A stretch of DNA of 51,939 nt from a virus (lineage: Duplodnaviria; Caudoviricetes). The stretch covers positions 1-51,939 of IMG/VR virus record IMGVR_UViG_3300009603_000019, one strand, 5' to 3'. Positions 28,897 to 37,084 of this stretch are shown here, piece by piece. A model generated the notes under the pieces. The model made no database searches, was not told the origin of the DNA, and saw only the letters and a list, made by a program, of their open reading frames with translations. The translations under genes were made by a program, and so were the position numbers. Numbering within the stretch: the first letter of the stretch is position 1; the number at the start of each line of letters is the position of its first letter.

Positions 28897-29605
28897 GTCG
28901 TTGCCCCGCAAGCTCTTAACGTGGGGCGAAGAGAATCCTAAGTTGGCCAAGGCGGTCAACTGGTATCAGGTGGGGCTTAACCTGATGCCAACGAAGAAGC
29001 TGTGTCCCTATCAGACAGAGGGATGCACTGCACCCTGCTTAGTGCATCAAGGTCGTGGGGCTATGGCTTCTATCATTAATGCACGAATGCTTCGCAACTG
29101 GATCTTGGAGAATCATCCAGTGATGTTCTCCGATACCATTCATACGGAGCTATTGAATGCGAAGCGAAGAGGTGAGAAGAAACATCTTCCCCTCTTAGCC
29201 CGAATGAATCTCACCAGCGACAAGATGTGGTATAGGGACAAGCTGTTTAAGCAGTGGTATGATATCGAAGAGATCTGGTTTGAGGAATACACTAAGATCC
29301 CCATTCGATACTATAAAAATAAGCCAGACCATATGCATCTCACCTTCAGCCGAAGCGAAAGCAACATGGTTGACTGTTGGGAAGCATTAAACCATGGAGT
29401 TAACGTAGCAGTGGTCATGGAAAAGGAGGATGGAGCATGGCCACAATCATGGATGGGGTATCCAACCTTGGATGGTGATATCTCAGATGAACGAATCGAT
29501 GATCCTTCGGGTCATTGGGTGCTACTTAAGCCGAAAGGCTCTATAAAAAACGACACCACTGGAATGGTGGTGCGAAAGGAAGAATGGAATGCCAAGTCCG
29601 CATAA
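28871..29605 (+). CDS. GP88-like phage protein (Cys triad, radical-SAM-like)
   Basis: LCPYQTEGCTAPCL, RMNLTSD, YTK, HLTFSRSE, NVAVV, DGDISDER..D, LKPKG. Confidence 0.7.
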   Translation: MKITQHRSKSLPRKLLTWGEENPKLAKAVNWYQVGLNLMPTKKLCPYQTEGCTAPCLVHQGRGAMASIINARMLRNWILENHPVMFSDTIHTELLNAKRRGEKKHLPLLARMNLTSDKMWYRDKLFKQWYDIEEIWFEEYTKIPIRYYKNKPDHMHLTFSRSESNMVDCWEALNHGVNVAVVMEKEDGAWPQSWMGYPTLDGDISDERIDDPSGHWVLLKPKGSIKNDTTGMVVRKEEWNAKSA

Positions 29606-29753
29606 CTTAAGCAGGATGACGGCTCAAACATTATTTGAACACCTCTTGCAGAATGATGTTATCAGTGAGGATGATATCTACGAAGATCTCAATGAAGAGA
29701 TAGCCGACATCATATTTTCTGCCATAACTCTTTCCCTTAAGGAGAACAAATAA
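29589..29753 (+). CDS. Small acidic hypothetical protein (54 aa)
   Basis: Fills the gap and overlaps both neighbours. Confidence 0.5.
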   Translation: MPSPHNLSRMTAQTLFEHLLQNDVISEDDIYEDLNEEIADIIFSAITLSLKENK

Positions 29754-30196
29754 TGGCTTCTCACGAGTTCAGAACCGAAGTAACCGCCGAAGTAGAGGTT
29801 GAGGTTGACATCACCGTTTCGGATGAGCATGGCAACGATATTGACTGTGACACCGAAGGTTACGGCACAGACATCACCGTCAATATAGACCTGTCAGATG
29901 TCAAAGAGAATCTCAAAGAGGAATTGTGGGCAGAGGTCAGGCAGCAGATCATAAATGAGATCAGCGATGCCGCCAACCCCATGCAGTCCCTTGCAGAGTT
30001 CATCTTGTTGGTCGGTAATGGTTACACGGTCAACAAAGAAAGGACTGACGACAGGCTGAAGGATCTTGGTGCAAAAATACGTGCCTTTGAGATTGTTGTG
30101 GAGGAGAAGAACAAGGAGATCTCAACATTAGCACAACGGGTTGTTGATTTGGGATTGAAGCAAAAAACCACCATCCCTAGTGAGGAGACGAAGTAA
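29753..30196 (+). CDS. Hypothetical protein (acidic N-terminus, coiled-coil C-terminus)
   Basis: 147 aa; AAGGAG RBS. Confidence 0.7.
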   Translation: MASHEFRTEVTAEVEVEVDITVSDEHGNDIDCDTEGYGTDITVNIDLSDVKENLKEELWAEVRQQIINEISDAANPMQSLAEFILLVGNGYTVNKERTDDRLKDLGAKIRAFEIVVEEKNKEISTLAQRVVDLGLKQKTTIPSEETK

Positions 30197-30390
30197 TGAA
30201 GATCACCATTAATCTGGACGAAGAAGATCTTCGTATTGCCCAAAGTATTGTGGCTAACCAATCGCACTTCGTGATAAACAGCCACACCATTGAGGATGCA
30301 GTGATCACAGGTATTCTCCAACAGATTCAAGTCTTAGCCTTTAAGGCTCAACAAGGGGTAGATAATCCTTGCCCTTCTAACAAGAAGTAG
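30196..30390 (+). CDS. Small hypothetical protein
   Basis: 64 aa; TAATG coupling. Confidence 0.65.
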   Translation: MKITINLDEEDLRIAQSIVANQSHFVINSHTIEDAVITGILQQIQVLAFKAQQGVDNPCPSNKK

Positions 30391-30526
30391 TTAAATTTAA
30401 AACTATAACAAAACTATTACAAAACTCTTACAGCCAAGGTGCCAAGGAAGGAGGTGTATGGCATCTTGCTTGTTGACAAGCAGAAGAGATTCCCTCTTCC
30501 GCTACCTCTCAATATGGAGTTTCAAA

Positions 30527-31597
30527 ATGAAAAAAGGTCGTGACCTTCAGCCGTTAGTAAGTGAGTTGACCCGTCAGATGGATTCCAAATTGGATTTGCT
30601 TGCTGATACCAGATCTATCCAAGCCGTCCCTCATACATTGGAGGGAGCATCCGATGGAATCGCTCTGGCCATTAATGGTCGAGGTGCATTTCCTACTAAC
30701 TCTATAGCTGACGGACAACTCAGTAGTCGGTTGAAGATTCCTAAGAAGTATTACGACAGGATGAACGCTGCATGGCCCGAACTCCTTTGCACCAACATTA
30801 ATCACTGGTTCAACACCGAACCAGAGAAAAGGCTGGTGCGAACCTTAGATGGTGGAGCGAGAGCTTTTCTCAGCGAGAAGTACCGCCCCTTGGACAACTG
30901 GTTTCTCTTAGAGGCCATACTGCCCTCGCTAATTGAAGCGAAAGCAGAGGTGGTTAGTTGCGAAGTGACAGAAACTCGCCTTTACATTAAGGCAGTCACC
31001 GATCACGTTCAAGGAGAGATCAAGAAAGGAGATGTTGTAAAGGCCGGGGTGGTCATATCCAATTCTGAAGTTGGACATGGGTCACTAAGCGTTACTCCTT
31101 GGCTACTTAGGGTGCTTTGCATGAATGGAATGAAAGCCCACTCGTGGGGCAAACGGAAGTATCACACAGGAAATAAGATGGGTCACAACGTGACTGATCT
31201 TGATAATGCTTGGGAGCTTTACACCGATGCCACTAAGCAGAAAACGGACGAAGCTTTCTGGATGCAAGTTCGTGATCTGGTGAAGTCGGTTATGTCTCAA
31301 GCAACTTTTGAATGGATCTGTAATGAGATCCGTCAGACTACGGACAATCAGATCGAAGGTGATCCGTTGGCCGTAATTGAAAAAACCCAGAGAAAATTCA
31401 ATCTAAATCAAATTGAATCCTCTGGAGTCATGCAGCATCTTTTAAAGGGGAACGACTTGAGCCAATGGGGATTGGCTAATGCCGTAACCCGAACCGCAGA
31501 AGATGCTCCTTCCTACGACAGGGCTACTGAGTTGGAAGGAATCGGATGGGATGTCGTTGAGCTTCCTCGCAGTGACTGGAAGATTATGACAGCATAG
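30527..31597 (+). CDS. DUF932-like phage/plasmid protein (start re-called to MKKGRDL)
   Basis: RAFLSEKYRPLDN, GVVISNSEVGHGSL, RVLCMNG, WGLANAVT; GGAG RBS before 30527. Confidence 0.75.
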   Translation: MKKGRDLQPLVSELTRQMDSKLDLLADTRSIQAVPHTLEGASDGIALAINGRGAFPTNSIADGQLSSRLKIPKKYYDRMNAAWPELLCTNINHWFNTEPEKRLVRTLDGGARAFLSEKYRPLDNWFLLEAILPSLIEAKAEVVSCEVTETRLYIKAVTDHVQGEIKKGDVVKAGVVISNSEVGHGSLSVTPWLLRVLCMNGMKAHSWGKRKYHTGNKMGHNVTDLDNAWELYTDATKQKTDEAFWMQVRDLVKSVMSQATFEWICNEIRQTTDNQIEGDPLAVIEKTQRKFNLNQIESSGVMQHLLKGNDLSQWGLANAVTRTAEDAPSYDRATELEGIGWDVVELPRSDWKIMTA

Positions 31598-32198
31598 TCT
31601 CAGCCGTAAGCGTCATATTGACCCTGCCCCATGGCAACTTAAACGTTACTTCTTCGCTGTGGTGGATAGGTTTATATACCGCCAGAGCTTCCATAAACCC
31701 TGACATGGCCTTACGTAATTCATTTGACATATGCTCAGGCATCTCAAGGGATGGAAGCTCTGGCGCATCTCCTACATTGTTATTCCTTAATTTGCGAAGC
31801 TGAATGGAAGACAGTCCCTTCTCTTCTGCTTGAACAAGCAACCACTTACGTTCCTCTGGACTCTTAACGCTGGCCACTTCAAAGTGGTGAGTATAAGACA
31901 ACAAAGGATGTCGATCTTCAGGTGGAAACACATTACAAACCCATGCACTATTACGTAGCGTTACATCAGATTTGCCCGTCAAGTAAATGGCTTGACTGAA
32001 TTGATCGGGCCATGTCTTTTCACCATGAAGTATCCAATCCCCAATCCACCAGTTAATAGATGTTTGAATGTCGGTTAGTAAGCTACCTGCCCGTTGCCAA
32101 TCCTCAAACTTCATAGTTTCTGACGGCAGGTAAGCGTTCTCTGTTAATGTGCCGGGGATGGGAATGTGACTAGTTTGACTTAAGCTTGCTTCGCTCAT
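31584..32198 (-). CDS. LmbU-like DNA-binding regulator
   Basis: FEDWQRAG, NWWIGDW, TLRNSAWV, LSYTHHFEVA, WL..A....S...LR. Confidence 0.7.
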   Translation of the reverse strand: MSEASLSQTSHIPIPGTLTENAYLPSETMKFEDWQRAGSLLTDIQTSINWWIGDWILHGEKTWPDQFSQAIYLTGKSDVTLRNSAWVCNVFPPEDRHPLLSYTHHFEVASVKSPEERKWLLVQAEEKGLSSIQLRKLRNNNVGDAPELPSLEMPEHMSNELRKAMSGFMEALAVYKPIHHSEEVTFKLPWGRVNMTLTAETMLS

Positions 32199-32313
32199 AC
32201 AATTTCTCCAATTAAAAGGGGGAAGTGGAATGGCTAGAAACCACTTCCCCCTTTGCGAGACAACGTGGCTCCGTCAGTCACGTTGATACTTAAATATAAC
32301 TAATACAAAACCC

Positions 32314-32342
32314 TTGACAAGAGGTTATTTTATGGTTAAATT
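32314..32342 (+). promoter_or_regulatory. sigma70-type promoter for the SSB/ParB operon
   Basis: TTGACA-17 nt-TAAATT with an AT-rich upstream tract. Confidence 0.6.
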
Positions 32343-32514
32343 TCTTGGTAACAAGAATAATAAATTAGCCTATTTTTTCCTCCTCGCCAGTGCCATTATA
32401 CTGGCGGTTAAGATAGTCCCATCCTTAATCAACCCACCTGAAAGGAAGGTAAGTGGGGTCTCATTAATCGCAAACTCACCATACAAGGTGCAATTGCACA
32501 AAGGAGATAAGTAA

Positions 32515-33006
32515 ATGTTAAGTTTTCCGAAGTCAGCTTTTGTTCCTCACCCCACAGGACAGCACCAAGGTCATATCTTTGAGGTAGAAGTTCGCTACCA
32601 AGAAGAGACACCTTGGGGCTTGAAGGATAAGATCATCCTCAAGATCGAATCCGAAACTCCCATGTTAGATGACAAAGGGAAGCAACGCACCGACAAAGAA
32701 GGCACTCCCATGTTCTACAACTTGTGGGACTTCCTTACCGTTACTCGCAAAGGTAAACTGGCGAGTCGAAGAGAGGCCATCCTTGGAAGACCTCTTACTC
32801 CAGAAGACTTCCCCGATGACTACGATCCTGAGTTGGAGTTCTTGGATCGCAAGATCGGTTACGTAGTTAAGCACACCGCAGGAAAGGAGCCAGACACGGT
32901 GAGTGCTAGCATCGAAACGCTTTGGTCGTTAGGTGAAGGACCGAAGTTGAGCTTGAGTAATAAGCCGTCCGAAGCAAAAGCAAAAGACGACGACTTACCC
33001 TTCTAA
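32515..33006 (+). CDS. Probable single-stranded DNA-binding protein
   Basis: 163 aa, beta-rich, acidic C-terminal DDDLPF. Confidence 0.65.
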   Translation: MLSFPKSAFVPHPTGQHQGHIFEVEVRYQEETPWGLKDKIILKIESETPMLDDKGKQRTDKEGTPMFYNLWDFLTVTRKGKLASRREAILGRPLTPEDFPDDYDPELEFLDRKIGYVVKHTAGKEPDTVSASIETLWSLGEGPKLSLSNKPSEAKAKDDDLPF

Positions 33007-33033
33007 ATTACCCCTTTAAGGAGACTTAAAAAA

Positions 33034-33870
33034 ATGGCTACTAAAGAAAGAACCTCTGAGTCGATGCCCTACATCACTGACTACACCCAGATTGAAGTCA
33101 TTGATGGATTCAATCATCGCACAAGTTTTTTGAATATCGAACAGTTGGCAACGAGCATTCGTGAAGTTGGGATGCTTGACCCTATCAAAGTTACTCGCAA
33201 TCCGAAAGGATCGGACTTTGATTTCCGACTGATCGACGGGGAACGTAGGCTCAAGGCAGTGCAGATGTTGCACGAACAGGGCGTAGAGATTTCATTTCCC
33301 GTTCGTATCCTTCAAGGAATGGATGACGAATCATCGGTCATCGTTGCCGCTACCTCTAACATGGAACGTAGCGACATCACTCCGCTGGAAGAAGGAAACA
33401 TCGTGGCTAAGATGGAAGCGTATGGATACGACACAAAAGAAATCGCTTTCAAGCTAAGCCGTAGTGATCAGTGGGTTCGGGACCGTAAGGCATTGGAAGG
33501 AGGATCTCGTAAGATTAAAAATGCCTTAGGGAATAATCGCATCCCTGCTGATGTGGCTGTAAAGTTGATCCGTAAGCACAAGGATCACAAGGAACAGGAC
33601 AAAGCACTGGCCGAAGTAGTTACTGCGGCGGGAGGACAGAAGTCCAACACCCGCAAAGCGGCAGCTAAGAAGGGTCACGGTGGGTCATTGAAGCCTACCG
33701 CCAAGGAATTGGAAGCTATGTCCGACAACCTTAAGACCCTTGACATCTCAGACACCATCAGAGATGCGGCGAATGCTTCACTGGCTTATGCAGATGGATC
33801 GCTTCCACCCGCTAAGTATAAGAAGTATCTCGAAACCCTACAGCTAGAGGCTTACAAAGTAGCTAGCTAA
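33034..33870 (+). CDS. ParB/Srx N-terminal-domain protein with HTH
   Basis: LATSIREVGMLDPIKV, LIDGERRLKA, NMERSDITPLEE, EIAFKLSRSDQWV. Confidence 0.9.
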   Translation: MATKERTSESMPYITDYTQIEVIDGFNHRTSFLNIEQLATSIREVGMLDPIKVTRNPKGSDFDFRLIDGERRLKAVQMLHEQGVEISFPVRILQGMDDESSVIVAATSNMERSDITPLEEGNIVAKMEAYGYDTKEIAFKLSRSDQWVRDRKALEGGSRKIKNALGNNRIPADVAVKLIRKHKDHKEQDKALAEVVTAAGGQKSNTRKAAAKKGHGGSLKPTAKELEAMSDNLKTLDISDTIRDAANASLAYADGSLPPAKYKKYLETLQLEAYKVAS

Positions 33871-33890
33871 ACCATCTAACCTTAGTGCCG

Positions 33891-33928
33891 AAGGGGAGGG
33901 GGCGAATTCCCCCTCCCCTTTCTCTTTT
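33891..33928 (+). terminator. Intrinsic terminator-like hairpin between parB-like and RAMP genes
   Basis: AAGGGGAGGGGG-cgaatt-CCCCCTCCCCTT followed by TCTCTTTT. Confidence 0.65.
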
Positions 33929-33946
33929 AATTGAAAGGAACCCAAC

Positions 33947-34684
33947 GTGGAAAACCTTGCCCAGAAATTCATCAACTCTGATCTGTTCTCTGTCTATACG
34001 ATGACCCTTGACTTCAAGGAAAAGCTCTGTGGTGGTATCCCCAAGTCAGAGAAAGCCATCGAAGGCTGGATACGAGCTAACGTAGAAGACAAGAGCAAGC
34101 TGGAGCAGATGGTAGCAGACACTAAGGAGTCCATGAATGTAGACAACCTTAGCGAAAGCGATCTGGAAAACCTCGCCAAGTCTGCATGGAATGGATTCAA
34201 ATCTGATGAACGCGGACTCTACATAGAGGGCAGACAGATCAAGTCTATGTTTAAAGAATCTGCAAACGTAATCAAAAATGTTTTGAATGTCTCTGCTTTC
34301 AAGGCGAGAATAGCGGAGAGGGTCTTTGTCGTAGAGGACAAGGTGCATCTCCGCTATTCTGGATTGGATATCGCTTTGGCAGACATTTTTCAAGAACCTT
34401 CTGGATCATACGAAGGGATGGTTCATGCGATGACTGCCATGGGTAAAATCTCCGCATTGAAACGAGTTGATTACGTAGAGAAAGCTTATATAACTTTCAC
34501 CTTAAAGATCTTAAATGAGAAGATCATAACGAAAGATAAGAAACGTCTGGATGTCCCACAGTATATCATGCATTTGATTACGCACTCTCAAGAGAATGGT
34601 CTTGGGGCAGAGCGTAGTCAGGGCAATGGCAAATTTAATTGCTCTTTCTTTGGCCTCAAGGAGGAGATTAAGTCTAATGAATAA
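33947..34684 (+). CDS. Solitary Cas7/Csm3-like RAMP-superfamily protein
   Basis: First strand YTMTLDFKEKLCGG; GLYIEGRQIKSMFKE (cf. P.IPGSSlKG.lR); C-terminal glycine-rich loop GLGAERSQGNGKF; AAAGGA RBS; no other cas genes. Confidence 0.82.
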   Translation: MENLAQKFINSDLFSVYTMTLDFKEKLCGGIPKSEKAIEGWIRANVEDKSKLEQMVADTKESMNVDNLSESDLENLAKSAWNGFKSDERGLYIEGRQIKSMFKESANVIKNVLNVSAFKARIAERVFVVEDKVHLRYSGLDIALADIFQEPSGSYEGMVHAMTAMGKISALKRVDYVEKAYITFTLKILNEKIITKDKKRLDVPQYIMHLITHSQENGLGAERSQGNGKFNCSFFGLKEEIKSNE

Positions 34685-35009
34685 AGCTTTTACCACTGAG
34701 CAGTTGCTCCATATTGTTAACAAGAACATAGACAAAAACAGGGGGCCAAGCGAAGAAGCTTTAGAAGATTTAGCCCCTAATGGATGGCACTTGGTGCATA
34801 GGATCATGGTGCATAATAACGTAGAGTATAGATGTCGAGTTGCTCTATGCGTTCAAGGCACTAAGACACCAAGGATTGTCCTTATGGACATGGAGTTCGA
34901 GGACTACGAGCAGGGTCACGATCCTGATCATATCATTAAGCAAGCCGAAGAGCTTAATAATAAAATGAATAATCTTGATTCAGGGGAGATAGACGATGCT
35001 ATTATTTAG
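34677..35009 (+). CDS. Hypothetical protein coupled to the RAMP gene (start re-called to ATG 34677)
   Basis: AAGGAGGAG RBS; 8-nt overlap with the RAMP gene; 110 aa. Confidence 0.7.
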   Translation: MNKAFTTEQLLHIVNKNIDKNRGPSEEALEDLAPNGWHLVHRIMVHNNVEYRCRVALCVQGTKTPRIVLMDMEFEDYEQGHDPDHIIKQAEELNNKMNNLDSGEIDDAII

Positions 35010-35012
35010 AGC

Positions 35013-35041
35013 TTGACAAGAACATGACTCTTTAGTATCTT
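35013..35041 (+). promoter_or_regulatory. sigma70-type promoter upstream of the leader and pentamer array
   Basis: TTGACA (35013-18)-17 nt-TATCTT (35036-41). Confidence 0.7.
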
Positions 35042-35048
35042 AGGTATA

Positions 35049-35335
35049 GTCAGTGCCGAGTGAGTGAAGTGGACAACGAACGTAATATGCCTTATCATTA
35101 CCCCGTAAGGCTATTGCTTCCTATTCCCGGTCACGTTCGTTGACTACTGATCCCACTTCGGCACTGGCATCCTAGGGAAGAAGCAATAGCCTTCTTTCTT
35201 TAAAAGCCTTAGCGGGTCTGAGTACGGGAGTACCAGCACACCGAAGCACGGCAACATACTGGTGTATAAAGATAGTGCCGTGAACGATGGAGAGAGATAG
35301 CTTCAGCGAAGCTTATCGATAGCCGCCATCTTAAA
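35049..35335 (+). ncRNA. Structured leader RNA candidate
   Basis: Complementary pairs 35049-62/35154-68, 35074-83/35133-42 and 35107-20/35180-93 (14 bp perfect); further hairpins up to ~35330. Confidence 0.55.
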
Positions 35336-35381
35336 CAAAGGGTGAGGGAGTTTAGGAGGGGTGTATGGGACAGGTCTGTAC

Positions 35382-35519
35382 GACATTCCATATCGAGTCC
35401 GCTCCGCTCCGTTCAAATTGACTGATCCAATCCACTCAATTCCTGTCACTAGACAATTCTACTCCTTTCGTCTCCTTTCCATAGACTAGCCACACCACTC
35501 CTCTCCGTCCCTTATAGAC
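35382..35519 (+). repeat. Pentamer array part 1: 4 units of GAC-(NNNYC)5-6-N4-5
   Basis: GAC at 35382, 35420, 35452, 35484 and 35517; all 21 internal pentamers end in YC. Confidence 0.9.
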
Positions 35520-35600
35520 TTTTTCTCTTTACGCCGTAGGCGTACTGTACATCCTGTCCTACGGACAGTAAAAGAAAAGAAAAGAAAGGAAAGTAAGTAA

Positions 35601-35855
35601 GTGAAAGAAGTACGTACAAAGCAAGAGTTGATAAACGTACTGGAGGAACTGGATGCCCCCAATGAGGTTAAGCGTAGCATTTACTTCGACACTACAGGAG
35701 GAGGAGGCTTTGCTTTACACAACGAAGAGGCATTACGATTAAATAAAAAGAAGTATCCTGTATACTCCATAGTCTTACCAGACTCCAGCGGCATAGTTAT
35801 TACTGGAGAATTGAGAAAGTCTATGATAAAGGAGGCCAAAGCAAAAGTTTTTTGA
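35601..35855 (+). CDS. Hypothetical protein inserted between the two array parts
   Basis: 84 aa; GTG start after AAAGGA; normal coding composition without the pentamer period. Confidence 0.65.
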   Translation: MKEVRTKQELINVLEELDAPNEVKRSIYFDTTGGGGFALHNEEALRLNKKKYPVYSIVLPDSSGIVITGELRKSMIKEAKAKVF

Positions 35856-35863
35856 GATGAAAC

Positions 35864-36600
35864 GGCCCGTTTCATGCCAAGCCTCACCCCGATGACGTGA
35901 CATACCAAGCTAAGTCTAACCGTACCCAACCAACCTCTATCGACAAGCCGATTCGAGTCTTCTCAGATCTACTGACGGAGCGGAACTTTCCTATCCCTAT
36001 CGACAAGTCTTATCCATCCGATGCTATCCTATCCCTATCGACAAGCCGATGCTATCCTATTCTTATCGACAAGCCGACTCTACCCCTGTCGTACCAGACC
36101 ATATGACGAATCGAGCCCAGCCTCTTCGGACCCCTTTGACGTTTCAGGTCGTTACGAACCTTGTCTCCTCTAATGACATGCCAATCCGCTTCTATCTAAG
36201 CCCCTTGACCTTCCTAGTCGAGTCAAGTCAATTCGATTCTAGTTGACGATCCTAGTCGAGTCAAATCAAATCAATTCGATTCTAGTTGACGAGTCCATCC
36301 GTCTCTTGCCCCATCAAACCTGCCCTAATGACTGGTCATACCGCGTCCACTCTTATCAAGTCCATAGACATGCCGATTCCGCTCGACCCCGTTTGACTGG
36401 CCGCGTCCTTTCATTTCTTTTCGAGCCTGTTGACACCCCGTGTCCCCCCGTGCCAAGCCCGATGACTAGCCAGACCTCACCACCCCCATCTAAGTTGACA
36501 GATCTTATCCATGACAAGCCGAGCCAAGCCAAAAAACATTTGACGAGTCAAGTCCATCCCTACCAAGGGGCAATCCTCATCGACCCTTTCCATTTCCAGC
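35864..36600 (+). repeat. Pentamer array part 2: about 20 units of GAC-(NNNYC)n-N4-5
   Basis: GAC anchors at 35894, 35942, 35974, 36002, 36040, 36068, 36105, 36138, 36175, 36207, 36245, 36288, 36330, 36367, 36395, 36432, 36464, 36497, 36513, 36542 and 36582. Confidence 0.9.
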
Positions 36601-36631
36601 CAAGGGTTTTCCATTAACGAAAGGAGATAAC

Positions 36632-37084
36632 ATGGAAGACTTCAAGGGAAGCAAGAAGCACAACCGATCTGATACAGAGGATAGAGCATTCTCTTACAGG
36701 TCGTATCGTAGAAACTTTGGTGAAGGATTATACGTTAATGACCTTGACCATGTAGAATGGAGATTGGTAGATGGTGTGCCTACTCCAGTAGCCGTCCTTG
36801 AACTTACCAGAGTAGACAATGCCTTCTACAACGAAGACACAAAACGAAAATACCAGCAAGCTATCTTGGATCGTTTTGCCAGAGATGCTCAGCAGGACTT
36901 CGTTGTGGAGATGGCATATAGGCTAAGCGTATCAGCCTATATCATCTTATTTAACAAGGATCTCACTGACTTCTGGACCTATAACCTTTCGAGAGACGAT
37001 TATCCTAACACGGGAATCGTCAACGAATGGCATCACTATAGAGAATCGGGGTATAGATTATGGATAAAAAATCTGGAAGCTTAG
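36632..37084 (+). CDS. Possible PD-(D/E)XK-fold nuclease-like protein
   Basis: NDLDHVE...PVAVLELTR...Q...A..L...AYII pattern; AAGGAG RBS. Confidence 0.5.
   Translation: MEDFKGSKKHNRSDTEDRAFSYRSYRRNFGEGLYVNDLDHVEWRLVDGVPTPVAVLELTRVDNAFYNEDTKRKYQQAILDRFARDAQQDFVVEMAYRLSVSAYIILFNKDLTDFWTYNLSRDDYPNTGIVNEWHHYRESGYRLWIKNLEA

Noticed and set aside
32314-32514. 66-aa ORF with TTG start
   Set aside because: The start coincides with the -35 box of a predicted promoter and has no RBS; more likely a 5' leader.
35382-36600. Canonical CRISPR array next to the Cas7-like gene
   Set aside because: There is no 23-47-bp conserved direct repeat; only a 3-4-nt anchor and the pentamer phase are conserved.
35897-36617. 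ORFs 35897..36106, 36049..36246 and 36243..36617
   Set aside because: No RBS, S/P/L-biased translations, and period-5 rather than period-3 structure; by-products of the array.
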